Assembly: GCF_964194155.1 (NCBI RefSeq) | Contig: NC_135901.1 | Span: 28,768,001 to 28,832,000, forward strand | Direction of reading: 5' to 3' | Origin: Cetorhinus maximus | Taxonomy: Eukaryota | DNA: 64,000 nucleotides | The notes under the pieces: model-generated | Told to the model about the DNA's origin: nothing | The model's database searches: none | The model's input: only the letters and a program-made list of their open reading frames with translations | In this document: piece by piece, positions 12,846 through 25,742 of the stretch | Layout of the letters: each line of letters starts with the position of its first letter | Numbering within the stretch: position 1 is the stretch's first letter | Position numbers and translations under genes: made by a program

Positions 12846-13394
12846 CTCGGCCCCCTCAGCTCGAAGCGCCATCTGATACCCGGTGGCTGCTGCGGCAGAG
12901 ATGCAGGTAGTGCAGCCACTAGGAAGGTCCCAACGGGTTCCTGTGCAACGAGGCTGAGCATCAAGATCCTCACAGCCACAGAGCCGGAGAGGCAAGCAGC
13001 CTGTCTCCGCCTCCTCCGAGGTAGCAGGGGGAGCACTACATAGGAATATCCGTGAGCGCAGGACACCACGGCGGCTCGAGCACTGATTGGCTCACAGTGG
13101 GGTTTAGATACGTTGCGTTTTGCACAGAAAAGAAATTACCATTTATCTGGTCAAATCCAAACCCTCATGTGAAATAATTCAAACCATTTCCACAATATTT
13201 ACAAGATGTTGAAGTCACTGTGTGGTCAGAGGTCCTAATTTTCTCACCAGCAGCCTGCGTGCACCACCCAGTAAACCTTCCTCATGTCTGACATGTCCCC
13301 AGATACATGATGGATACAATGCCGGGTCCTCGGTGTTTCAAACTCCTTCCTCTCCCTTCCAGCTCTTGGTTCACACTCTTCCAAGGTGGACATC

Positions 13395-13840
13395 ACGTGA
13401 AGCGATGCTGGATGAACAGGTCTCTGGCCACGATGAAGTCCTGCATGGACTCCTGTACCTCTCGGCGGCCACATCGTGCACTGTGTCTCCAGCGTCCCTC
13501 CAGTGGGCCTTCGCCCTCACTATCCACTTCTTCATCCTCCACCTCTTCCTCCTCCTCCCCCTTGACCTCCTTTTCCTCATTTGAGTATAGCCCCCGCTTC
13601 CCCGGACCTCCTCCGGTTCCAGTGACAGACCCTTCACAGCGCCAAGGTGTGGACCGTGAGGCAAGCTACAATCATACGGGATTCCCTGGCAGGTACGGAC
13701 TGTAGAGAGCCCCCTGAGTGGTTGAGGCATCTGAACCACATCTTGAGCTAATGTCATGTTCAATGAGAGTCCTTGTATGAAGGTGGTTTTCATTGTGCCT
13801 TCTCTGGGTGTCTGTCTGAGGCTGCCGTGGGGTTTGTAAT
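13395..13840 (-). mobile_element. Harbinger (HARBI1-like) DDE transposase C-terminal fossil
   Basis: Minus-strand translation across frameshifts: PQTDTQRRHNENHLHTRTLIEH..LKMWFRCLNHSGGSLQ..MIVACLTVHTLAL, an acidic tail, and ARDLFIQHRFT*. Confidence 0.75.
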
Positions 13841-14251
13841 GATATTTGAGTAGATTAAGGTTTTAAGATGTATTGATTGATACATCTGAATCCAATAATA
13901 AACTAATTGCTTACAAACAACAAATAAAGATCTTTTTAAAGCTTTAACCCAAACAGGTGGACCCTGAAACTTCACTGGTGAAGTTTAATAGACGTTTTAT
14001 TTTAATAAATGAATTAATGAGGAATTACTAAAGATTGCTGATACAGGCATGTGCTTGAGTACAATGTTAATGTTACACAAGGGTTTTTCTCTTCTAAGTT
14101 TGAAACTAAATAAAATTTAAGTTCGAGGCTGAATTTTTAAAAATGAATAGAGGGTAAAGCCTGAATTTATTCAACTGATGTGATTCTGTAAAATTTACAA
14201 AAGAAATACCCTGCAGAATTGGGTAAACCTCTGGAGTGATCGGTTCTGCAG

Positions 14252-15188
14252 TGTTATGACCAGGATGGGAGGAGTGTGTAGTTTATCTAGCCCCAGTGCT
14301 CCACAGGTCGCACCATAAGTGTCAATATTTCGTTCACTCACCAAAACGGCCAATTGTTTATCTTCGCTTCTGCTGGACCCAGAATAAAAGAGACTTTAAC
14401 CACACTTCTTTCAATAAACTCAGAATGATTGAGTTATTATGAAACAAGATCTCTCTTTAAGTTAAAATAAATAGCAAAACTGGATAACATACAATTTGTA
14501 ATCTAGAAGTGTAATGATTTACCGCTTTTAAAATTCCAACAGACACACACACACACACAAACACATGCGTGCGCGCGCACATGCACTCAAAGCAAAACAA
14601 AGGACAAGACAAATAAGGCCTCTGCAGAGATTGGCGTAGATGGAGCACTGGCCATAGTAGTTGTCTAGAGATCCTTACCAAAGGACCTTAGGTGAAGCAC
14701 TGTCTTTATTAACTCTCGCCTGTTGCTTCATAGGATTTCAAAATATAAACAAATTATTCTGAGATGAGAATTTTCTGGCTGAAGGTGAACCACAGGCAAT
14801 ACAGGGAGAGACAGATCGAGAGAGAGTGAGAGAGAGGAGCAATCTTCCTTCACAGTTTGCTCATAAAACACACATTGAGTTGAAAAAAACATGCTCAGCC
14901 AGAAATTCTACCAGGTTAGGTATTTTTCAGCCAATCAGCAGGATCCCAAAGCCTGGCAACAGCAGTTTTTAAAAACATTTTAGCTCAAGTAAACAAAATA
15001 GCTTTTATTTCCCCAGGTGTCTTGCTGGTCATTAAGCTGAAGTCGTGTGATTTCTTGGAAAAAGTAGCTTGCTCACAGACCAAAGTGAACTTCTAACCTT
15101 TGAAAAACATTCAGGAGAGTGTCCAAATAATTCAATGCTCTCCACCTTTTCAAAAGCGTATAGTTCTTGGAGATATGGATTCCTAACA
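14252..15188 (-). mobile_element. Putative solo LTR
   Basis: TGTTA...TAACA termini about 940 bp apart, with a layout like the other solo LTRs here. No clean TSD. Confidence 0.4.
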
Positions 15189-15569
15189 TTAGTTTCACTG
15201 TAGATGGATCGATAGGTCGTTACAGTGAATATGTCTATTCTGGTAATGCAGTTCGTGAAAACATGTGGGTGTGGTAAGGTATTTTACCCCTTTGGAATCA
15301 ACGAAGCCTCATCCACTTTCATGTGGTAAGAGTAATGACAATTCATTGTAGTCTCGCATACCCTCCAATCTAGTTTATTTACCTGTCATGCCTGTTCTCC
15401 CCGCCCTCGTTGTTACCAAGGATGAATCTGGCCACGTTGCTGTGGAAGGTTCTAAGCTGTTGGACCCTACCATACCCACCAATCCCTTGTAAAAAAGCTT
15501 ATGCAGAAAACAGTTTTGACCACAAGACTATCAGGGTGGTCGCTGCATAACATCCTTGAGGCCCTCATA

Positions 15570-16168
15570 ACTTGAGTTCAGCTCTTTTGCCCATGTCTGG
15601 GCCAAGGCTGCAATGAGGTCAGGATCTGGGTGGCCCTGGTGGAACCCAACTGAGTGTCAGTGAGCAGGTTATTACTTAGTCAGTGCTGCTTGATAGCACT
15701 GTCGATGACCCCTTCCATCACTTTGCAGATGATCAAGGGCAGACTGACGGGTCGGTAATTGGCTGGGTTGGATTTGTCCTGCTTTTTGTGGACAGGACAT
15801 ACCTGGGCAATTTTACACATTGCTGGTAATTGTAGTGGAACAGCTTGGCTAAGGGTAAAGCTGGGACTGGAGCACAAATCTTCAGCACTGTTGCCGGTAT
15901 GTTGTCAGGGCTCATAGGCTTTGCAGAGTCCAGTACCTCTGTCTACTGCGTGCTGCTTATGCTGTTTGGCACGAAAGAAGCCCTGTGCTGTAGCTTCACC
16001 AGGTTGACACCTCATTTGCCTGGTGCTGCTCTTGACATGTCCTCCTGCACTCTCCTTTGAACCAGGGTTGATTCCCCTGGCTTGATGATAATGGTAGAGT
16101 GGGGGATATGAGGTTGCAGATTGTGTTCAAGCACAGTTCTGCTGCTGCTGATGCCTACAGCGCCTCAT
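15570..16168 (-). mobile_element. Internal fragments of the same LINE family as 2505-5712
   Basis: KIAQVCPVHKKQDKSNPANYRP.SL and DNA similarity to 3670-4030 and 4340-4590. Confidence 0.85.
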
Positions 16169-16339
16169 GTGTGTGTGCGTGCACATGTGTGAGCACATGC
16201 TCTGCTGAAAGGCATAAGTGAAACTAAGACAGGATCACATGACAGACTTCCCTTCTAGTGATGTCATGCTGATACCCCTTAAAGGCATATTACAATAAAA
16301 AGGAACAAAAGTCAGGAAGATGACATAATTAGATTAGTT

Positions 16340-16835
16340 AGATCCCAGCTGGAGTATTGTGTCCAATTCAAAGGAGCACACGTTGGCCAGAATTTCAATG
16401 ACTTAGTGAAAATGCAGAGGTGATTTACTAGAATGGTTCCGGGGATATGGGAATTCAGTTACACGGAGAGATTAGAAAAGGCCCGATTGCTCTCTTTAGA
16501 AGACTATAGGGTAAGGAGAGATTTAATCTAGAATTTCAAATTCATGAAAGGTTTTGACAGAGTAATTAAGGTAAAACTGGTTCAAGTGGCTGAAATTTCA
16601 GGAATAAGAAGACATAAGGAATAAGGTAATTGACAAAGAAACATCGGTGAAATGAGGAAAATTATCTTCAATAGCGAGTTGTTGGGATCTGGAATTCATT
16701 GCCTGAAAACATGGTGGAAGTAGATTCAATAATATCTTTCAAAAGGGAATTTAACAAATACTTGAAAAGGAAACAGAGGGGTCTGGGGAATGAGGAGCGA
16801 TTGGAACTCATTGCACAGAATGAAATAGCTCTCAC
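16340..16835 (+). mobile_element. Old CR1 3' fragment
   Basis: CCCAGCTGGAGTATTGTGTCCAATTC (PQLEYCVQF) and TGGAATTCATTGCC (WNSLP). Confidence 0.65.
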
Positions 16836-17363
16836 AAAGAAACAACACTGACACAATGCTCTTCCCCTGTTTCATCTCTGACATGTGGCTGTGCAGGTCA
16901 GAGTGACAGAGGAACTTCTGCTCGGATCAGTGTGACAGACACAGAGCTGGATGGTGAATGACTCCTTCTGTGTTTCACCAATCTCTGACTCAAAGAGGAA
17001 GAGACAGAAAGTGAAGGTCTGGAGACAGACAGACAGAGTGAAAGAGAGAAAAGGAACATAGAGACACAGGGAAAGGAAGGTTTTTGCTACTTTTCGGGTG
17101 TAGGAGTCACGATTTGCGATCTGCCTGCGTCTGTTCCTGTTGGGGCTGCGTGCTGCCTCCTCATTTCCATCAGATCTCCCTGCTGCCCAGCACAACACAT
17201 GCTCAACAGGGGCTCTAACAGTGTGTGAGACTGGCGCGAGTTTCAGACAGTCTCCAGCTCTTAAAGGCAGTCAGTCCCTCTTAAAGGGAAGCTGCGTTGA
17301 TTCACAGGATGCTGCTGCTGCTGCTGACTGTGAATGCTGCAATTGGAGACAAGGTGAATGGAG

Positions 17364-18985
17364 TAGAACCATAGAAACCATAGAACCATAGAAAAGTTCC
17401 AGCACAGAAGGAGGCCATTCAGCTCATCGTGTCCATGCCAGCCTGAGGACACCCAGGTGCCCTATCTAATCCCACCTTCCTGCACCCGGCCAATAGCCCT
17501 GCAGCTTACAGCATGTAAGGTGCAGATCCAGGTACTTTTTAAAAGAGTTTAGAGTTTCTGCCTCTGCCACCAACTTGGGCAGCGAATTCCAGGCACCCAC
17601 TTCCCTTTGCGTAAAAAGGTTCTTCCTCATGTCTGCCCTACACCTTCTGCCACTTATCTTGAATCTATGTACCCTGGTTCTAGAATTCTCCACCAAGGGA
17701 AACAATTTTATCCTGTCCACTCTATCTATTCCCCTCGTAATTTTGTACACCTCAATCAAGTCACCTCTCAGCCTTCTTTGTTCTAAGGAAAATAACCCCA
17801 ACCTATCCAATCTCTCCTCATAGCTACACTTTTCTAACCCTGGAAACATTCTTGTAAACCTCCCCTGCACTCTCTCCAGAGTTATTACGTCCTTCCTGTA
17901 ATGTGGTGACCAGAACTGCACACAATACTCCAGTTGTGGCCTCACCAGTGTTTTATACAATTCCAACATTATATCCTTACTTTTATATTCCTAACCTCTG
18001 CCAATGATGGAGAGCATTCCATATGCCTTCTTTACAACCTTGTCTACTTGAACTGCTGCCTTCAGGGACCTGTGTACTTGTACGCCAAGATCTCTCACTT
18101 CATCTACCCCCTTAGTGTATTCCCATTTATTGTGTAATCCCTGTAACTGTTTGACCTCCGTAAATGTATGACCTCACACTTCTTTATGTTAAAATCCATC
18201 TGCCACTTTACCGCCCACTCCACCAACCCATCTATATTGTTTTGGAGATTTTTGGCTATCCTCTACGCTATCCACTACTCGGCCAATCTTTGTGTCATCT
18301 GCAGATTTCCCAATCGTGCCCCCCACGTTCTCATCCAAATCGTTAATATATAACACAAACTGCAGGGGTCCCAACACCGAGCCCTGTGGAACACCACTTG
18401 AGACAACTTTCCATTTGCAAGGGCATCCATTGATCATTACCCTTTGTTTCCTGTTACAAAGCCAACCTTTTATCCATTTTGCCACATTACCCTGAATCCC
18501 ATGGGCTTTTACTTTCCTGACCAATCTGCTATGTGGGACCTTGTCAAATGCCTTGCTAAAATCTATGTACACAATATCCACTGCACTACCTTCATCAACC
18601 CTTCTTGTCACTTCCTCAAAGAATTCAATCAAATTTGTGAGGCAAGACCTTCCTTTAACAAATCAATGCCTACCATCCCTGACTAGTCCATACCTTTCCA
18701 CATGACAGTTAATCCTATCTCTCAGGATTGATTCTACTAATTTGCTCACCACTGATGTAAGACTAACTGGCCTATAATTGTTTGGCATTTCCTTTGATCC
18801 CTTTTTAAACAATGGAACTACGTTTGCAATTCTCCAGTCCTCCGGTACCTCCCCTGTATCTAGTGAAGATTGGAAAATCATCCTCAGAGCTTCTGCTATC
18901 TCCTCCCTGACTTCCTTCAGCAGCCTCGGAAACAATCTATCTGGCCCTGGTGACTTGTCAACTTTCAAGGATTTCAACCCTTCAA
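17364..18985 (-). mobile_element. 5'-truncated CR1 (HER1-like) LINE, RT domain, frameshifted
   Basis: ORFs 18663..19001, 18189..18632 and 17466..17969 carry NYRPVSLTSVVSK, DFSKAFDKVPH, GVPQGSVLGP, ADDTK and LEYCVQFWSP. 3' 8-mer tail (AGAACCAT)x3 on the plus strand. Confidence 0.93.
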
Positions 18986-19679
18986 GCAGTGTTCTTGTCA
19001 CTCAGATGTGAAACCTTTCTGCACAAGATAAAGGTAGGTGGCTCAGTCCAGGGCCTCTTCCCTGTGCTCGGTGTGGCCTTCAGGCCACAGTGATGATCCA
19101 GCCTCACGCTCCCTGGAAACAATACTAATGCCTGCAGCTAGGCAGTGCTGGTCATTTCTGCCAGAATGTAATGGGAAGGCACCATGGAGTTCTCTCATAC
19201 TCTCTCTGTGCTCCCAGCGCCTCTAAGTTGGGGCTGGCCCCCAACACACCAGCATCTGCAACCAATGATGCTGTGCACCAGCTCCTGAAGGGCTGAGCTG
19301 CTGAAGGCAGACATAGCATCAGATGCATCTAAAGTTTCATGGCTGCATCTCTGAGTTGGCCCTGATCAGAGATCGCAAGCGAGCTGCCCTCAGCCAGACA
19401 GGAGTCAGACATTCTCAGAGGCTAGGTGAAGATCTATGAAGTGTCCTCACTGCATGTTGTCATCATCCTCCTGCGATTTAGCGACTATTAGGGCCTCCAC
19501 TGCATCTCCATGACAGGAGCATTCTCACAGCCAAACGTTCACAGCTGCGATGTGAGGCTCTATGGAGACACCTCACTGCATGTCGCCATCATCCTCCACA
19601 AATGTGGCAGCTATGAGGACCTCACAGGTGTGCCCGCCTCGTCTAGCCAGTGCGAGAGCCTCATCCTTGTCATCGTCAC

Positions 19680-20095
19680 CACCGAGGACCACCTCACCCT
19701 CATCCCCATCGGCATCCTCCTCATTGGAGGAGGCGTGCAGCTCCTCCATCTCCTCCTCTCCCCATTGCAGTGGGGAGCAGCAGTCGATGATGATGCATGA
19801 CCCCCTATGCAGACTGTATTACAGGGCTCTACCAGACTGGCCCAGGCACCGGAACCACATCTTCAGCATCCCGATGGTCTGCTCCACCAAGTTGCGAGCT
19901 GCTGCATGAGCCTCATTATAGCGCCACTCTGCTGCAGTCTGAGGCCCCTGCACGGGTGTCATCAGCCACGGCCTTTGCGGGTAGTCCTTGTTCCCAAGGA
20001 CCCAACTCTGCAGCCACTGTGGACCCTGGAAGATATCAGAGATCTGTGAGCAACTTAGGATGTAGGCATCGTGCACACTCGCTCGAAACTTTACT
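19680..20095 (-). mobile_element. Second Harbinger (HARBI1-like) transposase fragment
   Basis: SVHDAYIL..LGNKDYPQRPWLMTP..RYNEAHAAARNLVEQTIGMLKMWFRCL in ORF 19819..20226. Confidence 0.85.
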
Positions 20096-20239
20096 CTTGA
20101 ACCTGCTCCATCATGTCTCCAGGCCGTGTATTCCAGATTATAAAAGTTGTTCTCTTTATGTCCCCTTGGCTTTTTTTGCCAATTATTGTAAATCTTGTTA
20201 CTGTTCCTTATTCTGTACTCTCGCAAAACTCCACATTAA

Positions 20240-21500
20240 TTTGGAGACCTCTGTTCAATTCCCCTTTATCTTCACTGACCTAAGGAGAACAATCCCAGCT
20301 TCTCTGGTCTCCCCATGTAACTGAAATCTGCCTTCCCTGGCAGCATCCCAGTCAATCTCCTCTGTTCTTTCTCCAAGACCTTCACATCCTTCTCTAGTCT
20401 CCCCATGTAACTGAAATCCCTCATCCCTGACGTCATCCCAGTCAATCTCCTCTCCAACACCCTCACATCCTTTCTACTGTGTCATCACCAGAGCTGGACA
20501 CAATTCCTCAGCTAAGGACTAAGCAGTGATGTAAAAAACTTCCTTGTTTTTTCAATCTTTGCCTCTATTTATAAAGTCCAATATCCTATATTTGTATTTA
20601 TTCTGTATCCTATCCTGTACATTTTTAACAATCTTATCAACTTGTCCTTCCAGCGATAAAGAAATGTGTACATGTATCCGTTCGGTTCCTGTAGGCCATT
20701 TAAAATTGTCCTAGTTAGTTCATATTGCCTCTCCTCATTCCGCCTCCAGAATGTACCCTTCACACGTCCCTGAATTCAATTTCATTTACTCCGTGTCTCT
20801 CCATTTCACCAATCAGTATATATCTTCCGGAAACTGACTACTATCCACCTCACTGTTTAAAATTCCAACTTCCTGTGATCTACAAATGTCTTTATAAAGA
20901 AGCCTATGTTATTTATGTGTATCGCAAGGAGCAGTGGTCCTAATATCGACCCTCAGTGAACATCACTCTATATTCCCCTCCAGTCTGAATAACCATCGTT
21001 CACCACTTCTCACTGCTTTCTGTCTCCTAGCCAACCTCTATATCCACACTGTTACTGTCCTTTTAATCCATGGATTTTAGTTTCTATAATAACTCCATTA
21101 AATGGGACTTGATCACACTTTCTTCAAATGCATAACATCAACCTCACTTCCCTCATCAACCCTCTCGTTACTTACAATGAACTCCATTAAGCTTATCAGA
21201 TATGATTTTCCATTAACGTATACACATTTCTGTTCATTTGTAAAGCGTTTTTTAACTCTTGCCCTCGATTATGACCTCAGAAATTTCCTCATAACCAACA
21301 TTATGCTGACTGCTCCGTCACTTCAGTCAGAGGTTACCCCTCTCTCCTTTTCTAAACAGGGTGGAACATTTACAACCCTCCAGCCCTCAGGTACCTCTCC
21401 CATATCCAAGCAAGGTTGAAATATTATGGTTGGCCCCTCCACTATTTTCACAATCCCTTCCCTCACTGACCCTCATATATCCCATCCAGGCCGGGTAAAT
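20240..21500 (-). mobile_element. Old degraded CR1 RT fragments, including a local ~90 bp tandem duplication at 20305-20470
   Basis: RRLTGM..DFSYMGR.EK occurs twice, followed by degenerate CR1 RT sequence. Confidence 0.6.
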
Positions 21501-21730
21501 GTTCGACTGTATTGTGATATAAAAAAGGGTTGGATTGAAAGGGGTTAACTGAACCTGTTTGTTCAGTGGCTGAAATTAACATCAGTCTCTATGGATCCTA
21601 ATTGTGTCACAGGAGAGTTTCCCTCTTCTGTTAAGAAGGGACTTCTTTCAATGTGTTATCCCATCATGTCAGTGGGAGCATCACCTCCCACACTAAAAGG
21701 GATCAGCGGCTGCAGAGAGAGGGAGAGGAG

Positions 21731-21880
21731 AGATCAGAATCTGAGAACAAGAGGTTGGAATGTTACAACAATGGATCAGAATCTGAGAACAAAAGAATGG
21801 AACGTTCTAACATTGGATCAGAATCTGAGAGCAATCGTTTGGAATGTTACAACAATGGATCAGAATCTGGGAGCAATAGA
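21731..21880 (+). repeat. 42-bp tandem repeat, about 3.5 copies
   Basis: Unit GGATCAGAATCTGAGARCAA..GAATGTTACAACAAT starting near 21731, 21773, 21815 and 21857. Confidence 0.9.
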
Positions 21881-21881
21881 T

Positions 21882-24453
21882 TAAGAGTGTAATGGAATAC
21901 TCCCCACTTGCCTGGATGAGTGCAGCTCCCACAACACTCAAGAAGCTTGACACTGTCCAGGACAAAGCAGCCCGCTTGATTGGCACCACATCCACAAATA
22001 TTCACTCCCTCCACCACCAACACACAGTAGCAGCCAGTGTGTGCCATCTACAAGCTGCACTGCAGGAATTCACCAAGGCTCCTTCGACAGCACCTTCCAA
22101 ACCCACCACCACTACCAACTAGAAGGACAAGGGCAGCAGGTAGATGGGAATACCACCACCTGGCAAGTTCCCCTCCAAGCTACTCACCATCCTGACATGG
22201 AGCTATATCGCTGTTCCTTCACGGCTGCTGGGTTAAAATCCTGGAACTCCCTCCCTAACAGCACGGTGGGTGTATGTACATCAAATGGACTGCAGTGGTT
22301 CAAGAAGGCAGCTCACCACCACCTTCTCAAGGGCAACTAGGGATGGGCAATAAATGCTGGCCTAGCCAGTGGTATCCACATCCCATGAATGAATTTTTAA
22401 AAATTAGGTCAGATCATCAAAAGCTTGGACAAAGAGTTAGGTTTTAGGGAGAGTATTAAAGGTGAAAAGCAATACAGGCAGTTGGAGAGGGTTAGGGAGG
22501 AATTCCAGACCTTGGGAGCCAAGCAGTTGAAGACACGGCCGCTAATGGTGGAGCGATTAAAAGCAAGGATGCTCCAGCATGAGAGGAGCACAGGTATTTC
22601 AGAGGGTTATAGAGATGGAGGAGATTACAGAGATGGGGAGGGGCGAGATCATGGAGGGATTTGAAAAGAATGGGCCCGATTTTAACTCATTCAAAATCCC
22701 ATTCACTTTTACAAAGGTAAGATCGGGCCCAAGGAGGAAATTTTTTAAATGGAGGCATTGCTTGAGTGGGAGCCAATGTTGGTCAGTGAGCACAGGGGGT
22801 GATAGGTGAACGGGGCTGAGTGTGAGTTGGGAGATGGGCAGCAGAGTTTCTCTATTGAAGAAAACTGGTCCAGTTCTGTACATTTCCCATCACATTGCCT
22901 GTGTCTTGTTTCTGTATTTGATGGTCTCAGATTTTGGATTGAAGGAACCAAAACAGTATCAGAAGCGCAAACAGAGGTAGAGAAATAACCCAGAAAGAAA
23001 TATCGGAGGCAAAAGGTAACAGAGGGAGCCATCAGGAAAATCTGTAAGTAACAGTAAAGGAGAACGGGGGCAAATCAGGTCACCTCCAAATCTGGTTTAG
23101 AAAATGCTCTCAAACGCCATGTTGGGAGCTTACTGACCTGAGGAGCCACTGCTGGAAAAGAGACATTTTACCAGACTTAAACTGCCCTGTGGTGAGAAAG
23201 ATGTTCTGTGTTTGAAATCCCATCACCGTGTTTTCTGTTGAACCCCTGGACACTGTCAGAGGCCCTCAGCTCCAGAATCGTGGGATTTTGTAGAGACCTC
23301 ACACTGTGAACCCTTCAGGTGCACCTGTGTGGACAAAATGGGTGTGTTGAAGCCATGGAGCAGGTGAGATGAGTTGTTATCATCTGTCCCTGCAGTGAAT
23401 GGTGTGATGTTTTTTCAGATTGCGTAACTGGTTAGAGCTCTTTCCACAGTCAGTGCACTGGAACACTCTCACTCGGGTGTGTGTGCCTCGGTGCTTTTCT
23501 ATTCACACTGATGTTTGAAATCTTTTCCTATGGATGGAAGGGAGAAACATTCCTCCTCCTAGATTCAAAGACCAATGATATTCAAAGCCTGATGAATAGG
23601 ATTAATCTGTCAGATCCTAACTTGCCTCCCCTGAAGGTGCTGACTCTCGGGTTCAGTTTCAAACTCACCTGTTGCCCTCCCCAATATGTCACCCAGGTGT
23701 CTAAATCTTTACACCTGAACTTAACAAATTATTTTGCGAAGGGAGCGTCACAATCAAACCTAGTGACTACCCACATGTACTTTGTGTCAGGGTGGGGTCA
23801 TTGCGCCCCCCACCCCCACTTTCCATCCCAGTCCCAGGAGTTTGGGCTCCGGATGGGTAATGGCGGCCGCAGTTCCCACAATCCCCCGCGCTGGGGAAAC
23901 AGCTCTATCCGCCACGTGGGCTGGCGGCCCGGGACTGTGCATGTCCAAGGGAGAGGGGAAGCTCCACATGTGCGGAGAATGGCGTTTCACATTGGCCAAC
24001 CTTTCTTACCTTTCAAGTATTTACCCTTTGGAAATATACTGTTGAATCCGCTTTCAGGCTGATCAGAACAACTCGCTGCGTCAAAAAATAAAATCTCATC
24101 TCCCCTTCTGGCTCCTTTGCCAATTACCTTAGAGGGACTCACTTTCTGTTAAAGTGCCTGCCAACCCCTCTCACCCACTTTCCCTAAAGTGCAGAAATCT
24201 AATCATGAAAACTCCAGAAAAATCAAATATTTTTAACTGATGAAAGTTTGTAATGAAACTGAACATGGTTAAAAAAACAGAAAATTACTTGAGGATCAAA
24301 GACAACCAGAGTAAAAGGATGTGCACAATGTTCTGGACCCAAATGGTTTCTCTTTAATTCACCTGTCCCCTGTTCCCTGCCCTCTTTGTGGAACACCTCC
24401 GCTCAGTCCACAAGCATGACCCTGACCTTCCAGTTGCTGCCATTATAATTCAC
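21882..24453 (-). repeat. Right arm of the inverted duplication (partner 270-3019); contains a LINE 3' end (21882-22400, +), a ZNF leader remnant and P1 copy 2 (23660-24000, -)
   Basis: Reverse-complement collinearity with 270-3019. Confidence 0.92.
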
Positions 24454-24862
24454 CACCTTGCTCTCATGCTCACATTTCTGTCCTCGGCCTGCTGCAATGT
24501 TCCCGAGAAGCCCAACACAAGCTGGACGAACAGCACCTCACCCTCCGATGAGGCACTTTATAGCCTCCTGGACTCAACATTGAGTTCAACAACTTCAGAC
24601 TGTCAACTCTGTCCTCTGTTTTGATTTTTATTCTTGGCCAAGTGCCAGTCTGCATCTTGTTTTCATGTTTTTGCTTTCAGACAGAGTTGTCCTTTATTCT
24701 GCCATTAACACTTACTCTGGGCCAATGCTTTGTTTCTTTACTACAACCATCATCACTCCCTTTGTCTTTTGTTCCATGACATTTTTTTTATTTAATCTCC
24801 CTCACCCTCTAACCAATCCCTGACTTTCCCTTTTGCTCTACTGGACCCTCCCCCCTTTCTCA
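24385..24862 (+). mobile_element. Penelope-like element 3' fragment (end of GIY-YIG domain and UTR)
   Basis: EHLRSVHKHDPDLPVA and GLNIEFNNF, matching 42890-43115. Confidence 0.85.
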
Positions 24863-24983
24863 ACAGCCAGTCCAGCAGAAAGAAACCCTCCGACCCTCCC
24901 ACTGCACCAAGTGTCAGAATGAACATGGCTCGGTCCTGGATGTGATTAACAACATCAATAACAGCAGAATACAACCCCTGGAA

Positions 24984-25742
24984 TCACTTGTGAACTCGCT
25001 GGTGTTTTAACAGGGTGGATGAATCATTGAATGCATTCCCACACTCAGGGCAGGTGAATGGTGTCTCCCCAGTGTGAACTCGCTGGTGTGTCTGCAGCTG
25101 GGATGACCGAGTGAATCTCTTGCCACAGTCAGAGCAGGTGAAGGGCCTCTCCCCAGTGTGAACTCGCTGGTGTGCCCGCAGGTTTGATGAATTAATGAAT
25201 CCCTTCCCACACTCAGGGCAGGTGAATGGCCTCTCCCCAGTGTGAACCCGCTAGTGTGTCCGCAGTTGGGATGACCGAATGAATCCCTTCCCACACTCAG
25301 AGCAGGTGAATGGCCTCTCCCCAGTGTGAACTCGCTGGTGTGTCAGCAGGTCGGATGACTGAATGAATCCCTTCCCACATTCAGAGCAGGTGAATGGCCT
25401 CTCCCCAGTGTGAATGTGCTGGTGTGTCAGCAGATTGGATGACTGAATGAATCCCTTCCCACACTCAGAGCAGGTGAACGGCCTCTCCCCAGTGTGAACT
25501 TGCTGGTGTGTCAGCAGATTGGATGACCGAGTGAATCCCTTCCCACACTCAGAGCAAGTGAAGGGCCTCTCCCCAGTGTGAAGTCGCTGGTGTGTCTGCA
25601 GGTGGGGTAACTGAGTGAATCCTTTTCCACACACAGAGCAGATGAACGGCCTCTCCCCGGTGTGACTGCGGCGATGAGTTTCCAGGTCAGATGGGGATTT
25701 GAATCCCTTCTCACAGTCTCCACATTTCCACGGTTTCCCCAT
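24984..25742 (-). pseudogene. C2H2 ZNF, 9-finger array with an in-frame TAG in finger 6 (truncated gene or pseudogene)
   Basis: ATG in ACCATGG context (MGKPWKC) at 25742, TGERPF linkers, CAG>TAG at 25251-25253, and fingers continuing to TGA at 24984. Acceptor near 26098 and donor at 27508-27513. Confidence 0.85.

Noticed and set aside
21731-21880. Regularly spaced repeats resembling a CRISPR array
   Set aside because: The intervening sequences are homologous to one another, there are no cas genes and the context is eukaryotic, so this is a minisatellite.
270-24453. Giant TIR transposon carrying a GPCR cargo
   Set aside because: The arms are mosaics of host ZNF promoter and older TE scraps, with no defined termini, TSD or dedicated transposase. 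Segmental inverted duplication is simpler.
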